Shown here: positions 61,812 to 64,000 of the stretch, piece after piece
Numbering within the stretch: the stretch's first letter is position 1
Layout: each line of letters starts with the position of its first letter
Source of the DNA: Mobula hypostoma
Taxonomy: Eukaryota
Direction: 5' to 3'
DNA length: 64,000 bases
Assembly (NCBI RefSeq): GCF_963921235.1
Contig: NC_086097.1
Location: 125,490,001 to 125,554,000, forward strand
The notes under the pieces: model-generated
Databases searched by the model: none
What the model was told of the DNA's origin: nothing
The model's input: only the letters and a program-made list of their open reading frames with translations
Made by a program: the position numbers and the translations under genes

Positions 61812-63696
61812 CTCAATAAGTCTGCTGAACCAGAGTGCAGAGGGCCCAGAATGAATTCCGTTCAACGGCAACCACCGATCAGGGCATTCATGGATGACCT
61901 CACAGTCACCACAGAATCAGTCCCAGGCTGCCGGAGGATTCTGCAAGGGCTCGAAAAGCTGGTGGAGTGGGCCTGGATGCGTTTCAAACCTGCCAAATCA
62001 AGATCGATGGTGCTGAGGAAAGGGAAGGTGGAGAACAAGTTCCGGTTCAGCATCGCAGGCACAGCCATCCCAACCATCACAGAAAAGCCAGTCAAGAGCT
62101 TAGGCAAAGTTTTTGACAGCTCTTTAAGGGCCACAACATCCTTTCAGGCAACCTGCACCGAGTTGGATGGCTGGCTGAAATCTGTGGACAAGTCTGGCCT
62201 ACCTGGGAAGTTTAAAGCCTGGGTGTATCAGCATGGCATTCTTCCCAGAATCCTGTGGCCCCTCCTCATCTATGCAGTCCCGATCTCGACAGTCGAAACC
62301 TTAGAGAGGAGGGTTAGCAACCACCTCAGGAGATGGCTGGGGCTGCCAAAGAGCCTGAGCAGCATCGCACTCCATGGACACCACAACAAACTGCAACTGC
62401 CCTTCAAATCCCTGGAGGAAGAATTCAAGGTAACAAGAGCCAGAGAGGTGCTACAGTATAGGGACTCAAGTGACCCGAAGGTGGTTAGAACAGGGATCCA
62501 AGTAAGTATTGGCAGGAAGTGGAGGGCAGAGGAAGCTGTTCAGGAGGCAGAGGCGAGGCTGCATCACAGGAGGCTGGTGGGAGTGGTCACACGAGGCCGA
62601 GCTGGGCTAGGATCCTTTCCAACTCCCCAAATGGACACCAGAGGGAAGGAAAGGCGTCATCTAATTCAGGAGGAGGTGAGAGCAGTACTGGAGGAGATGA
62701 GAGCCTGCAAGGCGGTGGGAATGAAGCAGCAGGGAGCTTGGACAAGATGGGAGAATGCGCTTGAGAGGAAAGTGACCTGGGCTGATCTTTGGAAAGCTGA
62801 GCCACACTGCATTAAATTTCTCATCCAGGCGGTGCACGATGTGCTTCCAAGCCCATCAAACCTGCACACATGGGGCAAGGCAGAGTCATCTGCGTGCCCA
62901 CTGTGCTCCAAGCGAGGAACCCTGGAGCACATCCTCAGCGGCTGCGCAAGGGCACTTGGTGAGGGACGGTACAGGTGGAGGCATGATCAGGTCCTAAAGA
63001 CCATCGCTGAAGCCGTCAGTGCAGGAGTTGAGTGGGCGAAGCGGTCCCGACCCTCCAAGCAGACCATTGCCTTTGTCAGAGCTGGGGAGCAGCCAATACC
63101 TGCCAAAAGAACATCTGCAGGCATTCTGACCTCTGCAAGGGACTGGCAGCTGTTGGTGAACCCCGAAGGGCAGCTGATGTTTCCCAACCATATCGCAGCC
63201 ACCACTCTGCGACCAGACATTGTCCTAGTGCCTGAGTCGACTAAGCAAGTGGTGCTGCTGGAGCTGACAGTCCCATGGGAAGATAGCTTGGATGAGACCT
63301 TTGAAAGGAAGCTCTCCAAGTACGCAGGACTGGTTAGCAACTGTCAGCAGGCTGGATGGAGAGCGAGGTGTCTCCCAGTGGAGGTTGGTTGTAGGGGATT
63401 CGTAGCCTGTTCTTTAGTTAGAGCCTTCAGCATTTTGGGCATTGAGGGAGAGAGGAAGAGGAGAGCCATCTGCAGCACCACCGATACAGCAGAGAGGGCC
63501 TCAAGATGGTTGTGGTTCAAAAGAGGGGAGCCATGGAGTCATAAGTAGCTAGCCATCTGGACACAAGCTGGGGTTTGATCAGCCCCGGCTGGGTCACCTG
63601 GAGGAGGTTGTATGATGTTGAAAGACCCGAAACACCCGATGATTCCAGGAACATCACTGAAGATGTGTTCAGAAGTACCAATAGATGTATGTACAC
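61812..63696 (+). mobile_element. 5'-truncated Hero/NeSL-group non-LTR retrotransposon
   Basis: Single ORF with RT, CCHC knuckle and restriction-like endonuclease, then a 3' UTR of about 150 nt; no clear TSD. Confidence 0.88.
61851..63548 (+). CDS. RT C-terminal part + CCHC zinc knuckle + PD-(D/E)xK restriction-like endonuclease
   Basis: AFMDD, KSLGK, CPLC..LEHILSGC, RHDQV, RPDIV..LELTVPWE..RKLSKY; 565 aa uninterrupted. Confidence 0.9.
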   Translation: MNSVQRQPPIRAFMDDLTVTTESVPGCRRILQGLEKLVEWAWMRFKPAKSRSMVLRKGKVENKFRFSIAGTAIPTITEKPVKSLGKVFDSSLRATTSFQATCTELDGWLKSVDKSGLPGKFKAWVYQHGILPRILWPLLIYAVPISTVETLERRVSNHLRRWLGLPKSLSSIALHGHHNKLQLPFKSLEEEFKVTRAREVLQYRDSSDPKVVRTGIQVSIGRKWRAEEAVQEAEARLHHRRLVGVVTRGRAGLGSFPTPQMDTRGKERRHLIQEEVRAVLEEMRACKAVGMKQQGAWTRWENALERKVTWADLWKAEPHCIKFLIQAVHDVLPSPSNLHTWGKAESSACPLCSKRGTLEHILSGCARALGEGRYRWRHDQVLKTIAEAVSAGVEWAKRSRPSKQTIAFVRAGEQPIPAKRTSAGILTSARDWQLLVNPEGQLMFPNHIAATTLRPDIVLVPESTKQVVLLELTVPWEDSLDETFERKLSKYAGLVSNCQQAGWRARCLPVEVGCRGFVACSLVRAFSILGIEGERKRRAICSTTDTAERASRWLWFKRGEPWSHK

Positions 63697-64000
63697 AGCG
63701 GCACTAAGGGTGTGCACAACAGTGACTTAGCTAATGTTGCTACTGTATGTTTCATTTACACAAATCGGAATTACTGTGTTTATTTTGTGTTGATCCATTT
63801 TCACACTCTGGGCAGCTGTTGTGATGATCAACAACAAAGGGAAAGGAGAGCGAGTGCATGTGAACACGAACTTTCCCTCAACCTCACTGGCCTTGCAACT
63901 GGATGTGCTGTTCACTGGTTACATGTTAATGTTCTCCCCAAAATAGTATCTGGCTGGACACAGCAGCGACAGCCAAGGGTACAGCAGATCAAGGATCCAG

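Noticed and set aside
61862..63340. Antisense and alternate-frame ORFs over the Hero element
   Set aside because: Shadow ORFs of a GC-rich coding sequence with no recognisable motifs

Overview
Eukaryotic, repeat-saturated DNA, probably intronic or intergenic. The repeat content (CR1/HER1-type LINEs, V-SINE/HE1-type SINEs, Penelope-like elements) suggests a cartilaginous fish such as a ray; this is inference. I found no convincing host gene, rRNA, true tRNA or CRISPR array. Almost every long ORF is a transposable-element remnant or an antisense shadow of one. The window holds many CR1 and Rex1/Babar fragments, a decayed Gypsy (Mag/K02A2.6-like) element in a four-layer nest, a solo LTR, Tc1, mariner and hAT non-autonomous elements with clean TSDs, a young 5'-truncated Penelope-like element (RT + GIY-YIG, 13-bp TSD), a young 5'-truncated Hero-type LINE with a restriction-like endonuclease, and two ~40-bp minisatellites. 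The most notable pattern is a set of Penelope-derived fold-back insertions carrying minimal hammerhead ribozyme motifs. They share one architecture at about 200 bp, 310 bp and 1.46 kb, each with its own TSD. Also notable are a minisatellite born inside a CR1 3' end and two apparently bipartite non-autonomous retroelements. Boundaries of old fragments are approximate and were read by eye.
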